Shown here: positions 1 through 9,960 of the stretch, in pieces
How positions within the stretch are numbered: position 1 is the first letter of the stretch
How the letters are laid out: every line of letters begins with the position of its first letter
Assembly: GCA_001275005.1 (NCBI GenBank)
Contig: JWZX01003181.1
Coordinates: forward strand, 1-44,051
Origin: Chrysochromulina tobinii
Taxonomy: Eukaryota
Direction: 5' to 3'
DNA: 44,051 bases
Notes under the pieces: generated by a model
The model's database searches: none
What the model saw: the letters and a program-made list of their open reading frames with translations, nothing else
Told to the model about the DNA's origin: nothing
Made by a program: the position numbers and the translations under genes

Positions 1-350
1 TCGACTCCGCCGGTGCGAGCAGCAGCCGCCGCCTTCAAGCGACGTGCCATCATGCGAGAAAGCAGGCTCGCCTGCAGCTGGGCTCGCAAAATCATTGACC
101 CAAGCGCCGAGTCGCCTTCTCCCTCGTCGTCCTTCAAACCGCACATGAACACGATGAATTCCTCCTTATCAATTCCGCCTGAGCCATCGGAATCGATGCT
201 CCTGAACATGGCCTGCGCCTCGTCGGGCGACGCCGTGTTGCCGCATGCGAAGAGGAGATCCTGGAACTCCTCGATGCCCAGGGTGCCTGAACCGCTCTCG
301 TCGAGCTCGTTGAAAGCCTCCTCGAGGCTCGCGATTGTCTGCGCTTCCAT
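1..350 (-). CDS. EF-hand calcium-binding protein, 5' part (runs off window start); inverted paralog of 7718-9419
   Basis: ATG at 350 reads MEAQTIASLEEAFNELDESGSGTLGIEEF...DSDGSGGIDKEEF (two EF-hand loops). Near-identical to reverse complement of 7718-8070. Confidence 0.85.
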   Translation of the reverse strand, partial: MEAQTIASLEEAFNELDESGSGTLGIEEFQDLLFACGNTASPDEAQAMFRSIDSDGSGGIDKEEFIVFMCGLKDDEGEGDSALGSMILRAQLQASLLSRMMARRLKAAAAARTGGV

Positions 351-455
351 ATCGCTTTTAATTTACTTCGCGATTTCGGAACCCAAAGATTTTTAAGTTC
401 GGGCCGGAAACAACTTACCGGTTTTGTCGGTCGTTCGATCAGGCAACTCATCGTC
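1..455. repeat. Inverted duplication, left copy (partner 7597-8070)
   Basis: Bases 1-30 are the exact reverse complement of 8041-8070. Similarity continues through the CDS and into upstream non-coding DNA (AAACAACTTACCGGTTTTGTCGGT shared). Confidence 0.95.
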
Positions 456-753
456 CTCGCGTGGCGCTCGCGTGGCGCTCGATCGATGCGCGATGCGCGC
501 GCGCGCGGGCTTTCAACACATGATCAGTCAGACGATGTGCACAGCCGGCAGGACGAAGATGCACCGGAATTCTCTGAACGACGTACCGGTAATAAGGTGA
601 CCTAGACTCTGTGGTGACCTTTGCAGTAACCACTGAAAAATCGAGATGCCTCTACTCGAAAGACTAAACGCTCTAGTGAACAGATACACTCATATACACT
701 CAGATATACTTCGACATACCAGGATCGACTTTGGCGTCTTCAATACACATGAC

Positions 754-1389
754 TCAGCGTGCAAGACCCTGGGTCTTGCGGCAAGACTGCCAATCGAGCC
801 CACATCGGTACTTTGCCACTGCGTGAGCTGCCGCTACCGCCGTTGAGAAGCTGCCCAGCATGTTTCCGTCTACCGCCGCGTAGTAAGCGAATGGCTTTGC
901 CCATTCACGGAAGGTGACGCCGTCGTACCCTGTGTTCGTGTCCAAGCTGTGCATGAGCGGCAGGCCTCCATGTTCAGCGCGTAACAACTTGGCAAGTGAG
1001 CGCATGCCCTCGGCGCGCAGCAGGTCTGCGGTGAACGCGCTTCGAAGGGTGCACCCCGCCGATTGTGCTCGGAGGATCAGCGCATCTGCGACGACCGAAC
1101 GAGGGTAGCCCAGTTGTGCTTGAAATGATCGGCACGTGGCTTCGATTCTCGCAATATCGAGATGCGTCGGGAGAAGGTACACGATGTGCATGATAATGTC
1201 GCGTGGCAACACGTGCAGGAGCGTCTTCACTGGGAGGGCAAAGAGCCCTCGACGCGGCTGGACTCGTTGTGGCAGGACTCGTGACGGTAGCGCTTCCCAT
1301 GGTTCGTGTATCCGCATCCCAACGGCATCTTCCGTGCCCCACGTGGCGCGTGTGGCCGCAACTTGCTCACGAAGTGTGCGAGGACGCAT
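754..1389 (-). CDS. F-box-like domain protein
   Basis: LLHVLPRDIIMHIVYLLPTHLDIARIEATCRSF matches the F-box pattern (LP..I...I...L....L......CR.F). First in-frame ATG at 1389; the ORF track start at 1425 is GTG. Confidence 0.55.
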   Translation of the reverse strand: MRPRTLREQVAATRATWGTEDAVGMRIHEPWEALPSRVLPQRVQPRRGLFALPVKTLLHVLPRDIIMHIVYLLPTHLDIARIEATCRSFQAQLGYPRSVVADALILRAQSAGCTLRSAFTADLLRAEGMRSLAKLLRAEHGGLPLMHSLDTNTGYDGVTFREWAKPFAYYAAVDGNMLGSFSTAVAAAHAVAKYRCGLDWQSCRKTQGLAR

Positions 1390-1583
1390 CGACGACTGGC
1401 CTGGTTCGCGAGGCGCGGCGTCCACGACGTCGACAAAAACACATCACACAGAGGGGTCCGACGAGTTTGGGCTGAAAACACGAGTCGACGAAACACACAT
1501 CTTTGAATCAAGTTTGGGCTTTCTTGGAGACATGAGCGACGAAACGCACAGTGTTTGTGAAAATTGACGATGCAATCGACTGA

Positions 1584-4500
1584 TCACAGCGTGAGAAGTC
1601 TAGATATCTCGAGCGGGAGCTCATCCCGACCCGCGGCTGTGTGCGACAACCTCGCCGCATCCAGGGCGCTCCTATCCATATCATCCTTCGTTGCAGCAGC
1701 TGCGCCAGCCTCAAGAAGCGCCATCACCGCCGCATCGGCGCCCTGATCAATGGCGTCGCTGCCGGACGCACAACGTCCACAAGGCGCCTGAGCGGACGCG
1801 GCCGCCGCCACGTGCAACGGCGTCTGCCCGAATTGATCGCGTCTGTTCGGGTCGGCCGCAGCCGCGAGCAGTAACTGAACGAGCGGCGCGGCCGCATTGG
1901 GCGGCAGGCGCGCGGCCGAATGCAGCGGCGTCTCAAGGGGCAGCGAAGTGTTCTTGCCGTGCTTGCGCGCCGACATGGGGACGCCGTTGACCGATGCGCC
2001 CGCACTGATGAGCAGCGCCGCCGCCGCGTGCTGCTGGTTCACAACCGCCCAATGGAGCGCCGTGCGATGCCACCGATCGCGCAGCTCGATCGTTGGCTCT
2101 CGTCGATTGGAAGTTCGCTCCTCACGCCCATCGTACTCGACGCCCGCCTCGATCAGCCTTCGCAGCGCACCCAGACAGCCGGCGCGCGCTGCCGAGTGCA
2201 ACGCAGTCTGCCGACGGTCATCTCGCATGGCAATAGGTGCACCTGCATCGAGCAGCAGCTCGAGCGCGCCACGGGATACATCGGACTGGGCGGCCAGATG
2301 CAGCGGCGGCAGGCCCGCTGTCGAGATGAGCGTCACGGGAGCCGACGCCCCCAGCAGTGTGTGCACGAGCGCCGTGTGCCCCGCCTGCACGGCCAAATGC
2401 AGAGGGGGTAGCCCTCGCTCGTTGAGGATAGTGTCGCCACGTAACGCGCGCGATGCCCGTGGTGCGCAGTCCGCACCAAGCGCAAGCGCCGTGCGCGCGA
2501 GCACGTCGTTGCCATAGCGCGCGGCGAGGCTGAGCGAAAGCTGCAAAGTGGGCCGCGTGAGCGTGGGATTCGTCAGCTCGGAGCTCAGGCGCATGATCTC
2601 ATCGATGAGCTCTTCCTCCTCGGCGGCGGCGGCCTCGCACGCGGCCGCCGCTTCAGCTGCGTCGAGGATCGCGGCAGCGGCGGAGTGATCCTGTTCGGGT
2701 GCCTTATGAGCCGGAGCCGCTTTGCCACGCGCCTCGACATCGGCCTCGTGTGCGGCGGGCGCTAGGGCCGCCGTCGGAGACGCAGCCTCGGATGCCGCCG
2801 CCTCGTCGCCGGGCACACACACGCCATGCTCGGCCAAGAAGGCGGCGTACCTGTAGAGCAAGGGCAATTGTAACACCGCTTTGGGAGACCACACACCGCG
2901 CAGCAGTCCGTAGTCGGCGGTGTCGACGTCCTCCTCGTCATTGCGTCGAGAGGAGGGCGCTCGCGGCGCATGTGTGCTGACCAGCGTGAAAGCGAGCTTG
3001 CGCGCCACTTGGAGGGCTCGAATGGAGTCCCCGCCGAGCCGCACAAAGTCTGAGCGCCGACCGAGGCGCTCGAGACCGAGCTTGAGTACGTCGGCCCAGA
3101 CCGCTGCGATCGCTGCCTCTAGTGGATTGAGTGCTGGGGCGGTCAGGGGCTGCGGCGGCGGCGGTGGTGGCGGCGCCCCAGCTCGCGCTACGCCCGGCGC
3201 CGCACCCAGCCGCGCCGTGTCGGGCGCATCAACCAGCCGCGCGTCCTCGGTTTTGTCGATGCGCCTGCCGGTACTCGTCGTGTCGCTGGGGGTGCCCTCT
3301 ATTCCGGCGAGGTGCGCTCGCAACATGGGCGCGAGTGCGATGCGGTCGAGCTTACCAGTAGGCGTGAGAGGCATCTTGATGACGAGCACAATCTCCGACG
3401 GCGTCACAGCCGCTGGCAACTCGCGCAGCGCATGCAATCGGAGCAGCGCCACCGCCGCCGCCTGCAGTAGCGCATCATGGCGGAGGCTGGTGTCACCGCG
3501 GCCAGCGCCGCCGCTGCCGTTCCCGCTGCCGCTGCCATTCCCGCTGCTGCTGCTGCTGCCGCACTTGCCATCAGTGGCAACGTCCTTGTCTGTCCGCCTC
3601 TCGACTGCGGCTACCAGTCGCCCGTCGATGACGAGGGCCGCCGCATGGACGACAAGTGGCTGGCAGCGCGTGAGCACCCCCTCCACCTCGCCCAGCTCCA
3701 GCCGCATGCCGTTGAGCTTCACCTGCTGATCGCGACGACCCAGCAGCCGAAGCGAAGGGGCGCCGTCAGGCGTGCATGCCCATGCCGCCACATCGCCGGT
3801 CAGGTACACACGGTAGCCGAGCGTCGGATGCTCAACGAAGCGCTCGGCCGTCAGGGCGGACTGATTGAGGTAGCCTTGCGCGAGCTGGGGGCCACCGATG
3901 GCGATCTGCCCAGTGCATGCAATCGATCCCGCCGCCTCTCTCGCGTTCGAAGCTTCCACACCCGAACCCATCGCCGGCGGCTCAATCACGCGCAGGGCAT
4001 CGTCCAGCAACAGGAGCGTACACCCGGGCAGAGGTGCACCGAGTAGTGCGCCCTGCCCATCATCAGCCACAATCGGAGCCGTGGCGACGCTCGTCACGGC
4101 GCTCGTGCGGCGCGGGGCCGTTACCTCATAAGAGCTCTGGTAGACAGTGCACTCGGTGACCCCGTAGATGTTGCACAGGCGTCGGCGGCGGCGCGTTGGT
4201 GGTCCGTGAGCCTCGTCGAGCTCCAATGCCATCCGATGAGCTCCGATGAGGTCGTCCGATGAGCTCCGATGAGCTCCGATGAGCTCCGATGAGCTCCGAT
4301 GAGCTCCGATGAGGTCGTCCGATGAGCTCCGATGAGCTCCGATGAGCTCCGATGAGCTCCGATGAGCCTCGTCGAGCTCCGATGCCCATCGAGCGATCAG
4401 CGCAGCGCTCATGCGCTCACCTCCGAGGGTGACCACCTCGAGATGTGGGAACGCGGCGGGAGATCCTCCAACGGTCGTCCAGAGCGCAGGGGTGCTGCAC

Positions 4501-5216
4501 ACGTGCGTCGCTGCTGAGGAGGCGAGAAGGGCGCCCAGGGACTCACGCACGCTCGTGCGTGACGGCAGGCAGAGTGTAGCACCCGCGAGAAGCGCGGTCC
4601 ATGCCTCGCCAATGCACGGATCGAACGACACTGCCGAAGTTAGTAGCACTCGACTCGAGGGGCCGATGGCATGCGCCACTGCGTTGGCCTCGGCATAGGC
4701 CACCAGCGAGCCCTGGCTGACGGCAACACCCTTGGGGCGACCCGTCGAACCGCTCGTGTAACACACGTACATGAGCGTGCCTCGTGCCGAAGGCGCAAGT
4801 AGCGCACGAGCCACGTCTGCACAGCCCGATGGCGACGTCAGTTGCACTGCGGATGATGCACGGCACTGCACGTGTATGATTGGCAAGGATTCCGGCAGAG
4901 CTGGTCCATGCGGAGCCACGAGCAGCATCGCCATAGCCCCAGAGTCGTTCAGCAGGTATCGCACGCGATCCTGCGGCAGCGACGGGTCCACGAGCAGGAA
5001 GGCGCATCCTGCGCGCTGCGCAATCAACTGGCAAAGCATCAACTCGGCACCCTGCTCGGCCATGATCGCGACGACTGGGCACTGCTGCGGCTGCTCAGCA
5101 GCCGCTGCTCCTGCCGCTGCTTGCAGCCGTGGAACGTAATCATCTGCAGCGTGCAGGAGCGCCTCCAGCGTGACGGACAGAGGAGAGCCGGCGGGCTGTG
5201 TGAGGTCGAGCAGCAT
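1584..5216 (-). CDS. NRPS-like protein: adenylation domain - peptidyl carrier protein - ankyrin repeats
   Basis: A-domain motifs YTSGSTGRPKGV (A3), FDP (A4), NIYGVTE (A5), GPQLAQGYL (A6), YLTGD (A7), GRRDQQVKLNGMRLELGEVE (A8), TGKLDR (A10). PCP motif FVRLGGDSI. C-terminal ankyrin repeats (GLPPLHLA x2, TALHSA, TALHWA, TPLHSA, GQTPLHVA). Possible in-frame GC-AG intron 4212-4367. Confidence 0.92.
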   Translation of the reverse strand: MLLDLTQPAGSPLSVTLEALLHAADDYVPRLQAAAGAAAAEQPQQCPVVAIMAEQGAELMLCQLIAQRAGCAFLLVDPSLPQDRVRYLLNDSGAMAMLLVAPHGPALPESLPIIHVQCRASSAVQLTSPSGCADVARALLAPSARGTLMYVCYTSGSTGRPKGVAVSQGSLVAYAEANAVAHAIGPSSRVLLTSAVSFDPCIGEAWTALLAGATLCLPSRTSVRESLGALLASSAATHVCSTPALWTTVGGSPAAFPHLEVVTLGGERMSAALIARWASELDEAHRSSSELIGAHRSSSDDLIGAHRSSSELIGAHRSSSDDLIGAHRMALELDEAHGPPTRRRRRLCNIYGVTECTVYQSSYEVTAPRRTSAVTSVATAPIVADDGQGALLGAPLPGCTLLLLDDALRVIEPPAMGSGVEASNAREAAGSIACTGQIAIGGPQLAQGYLNQSALTAERFVEHPTLGYRVYLTGDVAAWACTPDGAPSLRLLGRRDQQVKLNGMRLELGEVEGVLTRCQPLVVHAAALVIDGRLVAAVERRTDKDVATDGKCGSSSSSGNGSGSGNGSGGAGRGDTSLRHDALLQAAAVALLRLHALRELPAAVTPSEIVLVIKMPLTPTGKLDRIALAPMLRAHLAGIEGTPSDTTSTGRRIDKTEDARLVDAPDTARLGAAPGVARAGAPPPPPPPQPLTAPALNPLEAAIAAVWADVLKLGLERLGRRSDFVRLGGDSIRALQVARKLAFTLVSTHAPRAPSSRRNDEEDVDTADYGLLRGVWSPKAVLQLPLLYRYAAFLAEHGVCVPGDEAAASEAASPTAALAPAAHEADVEARGKAAPAHKAPEQDHSAAAAILDAAEAAAACEAAAAEEEELIDEIMRLSSELTNPTLTRPTLQLSLSLAARYGNDVLARTALALGADCAPRASRALRGDTILNERGLPPLHLAVQAGHTALVHTLLGASAPVTLISTAGLPPLHLAAQSDVSRGALELLLDAGAPIAMRDDRRQTALHSAARAGCLGALRRLIEAGVEYDGREERTSNRREPTIELRDRWHRTALHWAVVNQQHAAAALLISAGASVNGVPMSARKHGKNTSLPLETPLHSAARLPPNAAAPLVQLLLAAAADPNRRDQFGQTPLHVAAAASAQAPCGRCASGSDAIDQGADAAVMALLEAGAAAATKDDMDRSALDAARLSHTAAGRDELPLEISRLLTL
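4207..4380. repeat. 10-bp tandem array (GATGAGCTCC)n bracketed by an 18-bp direct repeat; candidate 156-nt GC-AG intron (minus strand)
   Basis: TGAGCCTCGTCGAGCTCC at 4207-4224 and 4363-4380 (offset 156). Interior is GATGAGCTCC repeats with two GATGAGGTCGTCC variants. Confidence 0.9.
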
Positions 5217-5239
5217 TACACTCTCTAGATTTCAGAAAA

Positions 5240-6968
5240 ATGGTCAGCTCAGAACAGTTCAAGACGCCCGCCGCGCGACTTCGCAATCTCAAGATGTGTC
5301 GCTCAATTTCGACGACTTCGAGTTCGAAAGTGTGGTTTGGGCGAGGTTTCGGTAAGTGCGGTTTGGGCTCACGGTCGTCCTCACTGACCTTGGAGGACGA
5401 CGACACGGCCGCGGACTCGTGGCTCAAGTTCTTGACGAGGAGCTTCACCGCCAATCGCCGACGGCAGGCGCAACCGTGTGACACACAAAGTGAACCCGCC
5501 TCGACACTCGAAGAGCGCCAGGCAGGGTCATCATCCACCCCAGCAGCAAGTTACAAGCGGAGCAGATCCACTCTTGTTGCTAGCCTACCAACACCGCTTG
5601 GTGCCCATGCCGGGCGCGTCGGCCTTGCCAATCTGGGCAACACATGCTTCATGAACTCCGCATTGCAGTGCCTGAGCCACACGCGGCACTTGACATCATA
5701 TTTTCTCAGTGAGGATGCCACTTGGGAGACTGAGCTGAATGTGGACAACCCGCTCGGTTCGGGCGGCGCGCTCGTGCGCGCGTACGTGGACGTCCTCAAG
5801 AGCCTGTGGTATGGCGAATACTCCCATGGGCCTATCTTCACTCCCACCCGATTCAAGCAGACGCTAGCGGACTTCTCACCGATGTTTTCGGGGAATGAGC
5901 AACACGACGCGCAGGAGCTGGCCACCTTTCTGCTCGACGGGCTACACGAGGATCTCAACCGCGTGGTAGGCAAGAAGCCGTACATCGAGGACCTGGGTGA
6001 GCTCAAAGAGGGCCCTCGATTGGTGGAGGTCGCTGATTGCATGCTGATTGCCTCCCTCATCAGGTGAGCTCAAAGAGGGGCAGGACGAGGAGCGCGTGGC
6101 CGCTGAGTCGTGGGGTAACTACCTGAAGCGCGACCGTTCGGTGATTGTCGACCTTTTCCAGGGTCAGCTCAAATCAACGGTCACGTGCACAGAGTGTGGC
6201 TGCCAGAGCAGCAAGTTCGAGGCGTTCATGTACCTCTCGCTGCCTGTGCCGCCGCCAAGCAAGGACGGCAAGTCACTCACGCTGGACGACTGCCTCCGAG
6301 AGTTTACCAAGGAGGAGCAGCTCGACCCCGAGAACATGTGGAGATGCCCCAGGTGCAAAGACTTCCGCCAGGCGAGCAAGCGCTTCGAGTTATGGAAGAT
6401 GCCGCCGCTTTTGTTAGTGCACTTGAAGCGCTTCTGTTCCAATGGGCGCGGCCAGCACGTGAAACGCGCCCAGGCGATCATCACGCCCCTTAATGGGCTC
6501 GACCTGAGCGCGTACACCGGTGGCTCGCTCGGAGTGTCCTCTGCGGCCACTTACTCGCTGTATGCGACGTGCAACCACCATGGCACCATGCACCGAGGCC
6601 ACTACACTGCACACTGCCGCGGCGCTGGGTTTGGTGGCAGCCAAGGGGACGCGGCGGACCGCAGCAAGTGGCACACATTGGACGACGGTAGGTGCCGAGA
6701 GGTGAACGCGAGCAAGGTGATCGATGGCTCAAATTACATCCTCTTCTTCGAGCGCGAGGCCGCCTTCGGGCTTCCGAGGCGGCAGACACTCAGTCGCCCG
6801 GAGCTGTGGCCCTTCCGGCTGTCGGTCATCCCGAAGGATATGCTGCCTTCGAAGGATATGCTGCCTTCCCGGCTGCGCGATAGGCAGCAATCATCCGCAA
6901 GGAGCCACTGGTACTCCTTGTTCAAGGCTTGGAGCTTTGGGGATGCTTTTTCTACTCGTAGCAGATGA
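5240..6968 (+). CDS. Ubiquitin-specific protease (peptidase C19); exons 5240-5996, 6064-6968
   Basis: Cys box GLANLGNTCFMNSALQCL, QHDAQE, zinc-finger CTEC/CPRC, LHLKRF-like VHLKRF, His box NHHGTMHRGHYTA. A 67-nt GT-AG intron joins the two ORFs in frame (1662 nt, 553 aa). Start codon uncertain. Confidence 0.93.
5997..6063 (+). other. Spliceosomal intron (67 nt, GT-AG) with 17-bp direct repeat
   Basis: GTGAGC...CTGATTGCCTCCCTCATCAG; removal restores the frame (DLGELKEGQDEE). GGTGAGCTCAAAGAGGG at 5996-6012 and 6063-6079. Confidence 0.9.
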
Positions 6969-7596
6969 GGAGCTACCTGGCTCTGAAGCACGCAGCATCT
7001 GCCTAGTCAAGAGCTCTCAAGGCGTTTACTTGATCTAGTAACTCTGGCTATTGAGGCCATGAAAACACTAAGTCTATACACGTGTATTTCTCCTCGGCCG
7101 TAAAGAGAAATAGGAATTTGAAATATCGACACCGACCACCGAGAGGTGAGCGGACGGTGTGGTGAGCGCGGGGGGACCGCAACGAAACTGACCGGACTGA
7201 CTGACTGATCGAGTATGAAAACTCAAAACTGATGAGAATCCAACGTGGTACAGTACCGGTGTCTTTAATCCTAAACTTTTCGGCCGCGGCTTCGGTCGTC
7301 GCCAATTGGGGCGGTAAAACCTAAAAGGCGGTAGAGGCGAGCAATTGTGGGCGAGATGAAGGCACGCGCCGCTGACACGTAGCGGCCGGCGGTGCGGCCG
7401 GACCCCAAATGAGCTCGAGACACGAGAGGCGGAGACTGGCGCGTGCGCGCTACGGCCCCGGCGAAGCCCGAACTCGCGTAACTCGCGCGCTGCGCTTGGC
7501 GCCTTGGCGGCGCAACGTCGACTCGTCGAGAGATCATGAATGCCCGCGCTTCGCGCATGGAGCGAGAGCCAAGCGAGCGACACTGACGCTGGGCTA

Positions 7597-8070
7597 ACGA
7601 TGAGGCTGCCTGATCGAACTACCGACAAAACCGGTAAGTTGTTTCGCCCGTAACTTTTTAACTTCCCAAGCCCTGCGAATACTTTTGGGACCGAACGCGA
7701 AATCAACCGTGGTGGATATGGAAGAGCAGGCCCTCGCGAGCCTCGAGGAGGCTTTCAACGAGCTCGACGAGAGCGGTTCAGGCACCCTGGGCATCGAGGA
7801 GTTCCAGGATCTCCTCTTCGCCTGCGGCAACACGGCGTCGCCCGACGAGGCGCAGGCCATGTTCAGGAGCATCGATTCCGATGGCTCAGGCGGAATTGAT
7901 AAGGAGGAATTCATCGCGTTCATGTGCGGTTTGAAGGACGACGAGGGAGAAGAAGTCGACTCGGCGCTTGGGTCAATGATTCTGCGAGCCCAGCTGCAGG
8001 CGAGCCTGCTTTCTCGCATGATGGCACGTCGCTTGAAGGCGGCGGCTGCTGCTCGCACCGGCGGAGTCGA
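7597..8070. repeat. Inverted duplication, right copy (partner 1-455; may extend further, left copy truncated by window)
   Basis: Reverse complement matches 1-455, with a 3-nt indel (DEGEEVDSA vs DEGEGDSA) and a divergent patch just upstream of the ATG. Confidence 0.95.
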
Positions 8071-9419
8071 CGATCGGCAAGAGAACGAGTCACAGTCTAT
8101 CGACATAGAGTTCAAGATTGGCGACCCTAAGGTGCAGGGCGGTTCTCGTGATGGCCGTCCCAAGAAGTCGAGGTTTTTCTTATCGTCGCTGACGTCCTCA
8201 TCGGAACCGGCCACCCCAAACCTCGGCATCAAGGCCCTACTCGAGTTCTTCCCCGGCCGTACTGACGACTGGCCGAGCAAGGTCGAGATCGCATTCACCC
8301 TCCCGCGCCGCGAAGGAGTTCCCAGAGCGAAAATGGAACAGCTCGTGGCTGACTGGCTCCAGATCCTCGAGCAAGCCAAGGAATATAAACCCTTCAAAGA
8401 CGCATTGAAGGCAGCCAATCTAGACATGGGTAAGTGGAAGCACGCGCTTTCGGAGATGGCGCTCACCTTTAGTGTCATCGTCACCGGCAAGGCCGTGGTC
8501 GAATTGCAGAGCTACATCAGAAACCCCATGGAGATTCCTCTCGACGAGGGCCTTCCAGTCAAAAGCTCGATCAGCGTGGAGGCAAACCTGGGCCTCTCAG
8601 TCGACGCACTCACCTCGGAGGACGAGGCGGTGTGGCAGCAGACAGTGCTGTCCCACCTGGACAAGGGCACCTTCTTCAAGGTGCATGCAGATTTGGCTGC
8701 GGGCCTCACCCAGGCCGTGAAAAAGCTCCCGGACAGCATACTTGGAAGAGAATTCGCAGACGGCTGGCTAAAATACTTCTCCCGCCTCGGTCGTTACGCC
8801 AAGCTGGAGCTGGGTTTCCTGCGCACACAAGACGCGCTCCGTCACCTTTTTGAGGAGAGGCAGAACATGCAGATTCCTGATCCGGAAGTGCGGCGGTTTG
8901 TGCAATCCCTCCGAGATCTGAAGGTCGGGCACCTCGCAACCTTTGCACAGCTCGTGCCTCGGGCAATCGGGTACGCTCTCTGGGCTGTGCACACACTCAG
9001 CACGGCGCCCGGTCCCAGCATGCATGTGTCTCACCACGGCGCCCGTACATTTCCCCAGGTACGCTCTCTGGGGTGTGCAGCAGAACGCGTCCCTCATAGA
9101 GCAGCTCGAGATGATGCTCTTCTTCCCGCCAGCCAAGTGGGCCGAGATGCTCAACAACTTGTCGTCTTGCGTGACCGGCCTAGGCGAGCTCAAGGTCTCC
9201 CTCAACCCTGGCGTGGTGGCCACCCTCAGCCTCACAGGCCTCGACATACTCAAGGCGCTTAAGACAGCGCCACTCAAGCCGGAGGATATCAAGCGGGATG
9301 AGATGTTGGAGTCCGATTTTGAGCAACTGTTTCGCAAGCTGTTCAAAGAGGGCAACGCGACGATGGCGACCACAACGAACCCACAAGCGGGGCGAGGGCT
9401 GGCGTACATGGAAGCATGA
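7718..9419 (+). CDS. EF-hand protein with a long uncharacterised C-terminal region; exons 7718-8970, 9059-9419
   Basis: EF loops DESGSGTLGIEE and DSDGSGGIDKEE. ATG position conserved with the paralog. An 88-nt GT-AG intron joins the ORFs in frame (1614 nt, 537 aa). Confidence 0.85.
8971..9058 (+). other. Spliceosomal intron (88 nt, GT-AG) with 22-bp direct repeat
   Basis: GTACGC...ATTTCCCCAG; splicing gives AIGYALWGVQQN. GGTACGCTCTCTGGG(C/G)TGTGCA at 8970-8991 and 9058-9079. Confidence 0.88.
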
Positions 9420-9960
9420 TCTAGACATGTACGCACCCGGTCTTTGGCTACATCTTCAAGCCGAACGCGATGGATGTCAAGAACACAAATTCAACCGCTC
9501 GCAGACCCAGACGATTGCCCCACCCTCGTGCCTCGAGTCTCTCGTGGAGACCCACCTGATGGCGGTCTGAAGAGAGAAGAGCGACCACGGATCACTTGGA
9601 CTTGCGATCGAATCCGATCCGCGATCGGTAGGGGGTTCTCCATACACCATACTGAGCTGAAAGGTGAGCTGTACATGTAAACAACTCTGATCGCGCTCCG
9701 CCACGGGCTGCTGAGACCTCGGACTCCTGAGTCGTGAGTTTGCTGTGCACATTGCAATTTGCATGCATAATTTGTGTTCGCGTATTTTGGTCCATAGAAA
9801 CGAAATAAACAGTACACTGAAGAGTCAGTGCGACGCATATCTTCATACTAGTACATAATCTATAACGGTAGATTTATTCTGCGATATTGAGGCGAGAGAG
9901 TTTGACATCACGCCATTTTTTCACCCGGCTGTTAGGTATGTCACAGAGTTAGGGCTGCCT

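Noticed and set aside
7600..7640. Upstream ATG mini-exon ending at CG|GTAAGT as a coding first exon of the EF-hand gene
   Set aside because: The two paralogs differ by a 1-nt indel between ATG and donor, so the frame is not conserved; no clear shared acceptor.
1584..9419. Secondary-metabolite gene cluster around the NRPS-like gene
   Set aside because: Neighbours are F-box, USP and EF-hand genes; no PPTase, C/TE domain, tailoring enzyme or adjacent transporter.
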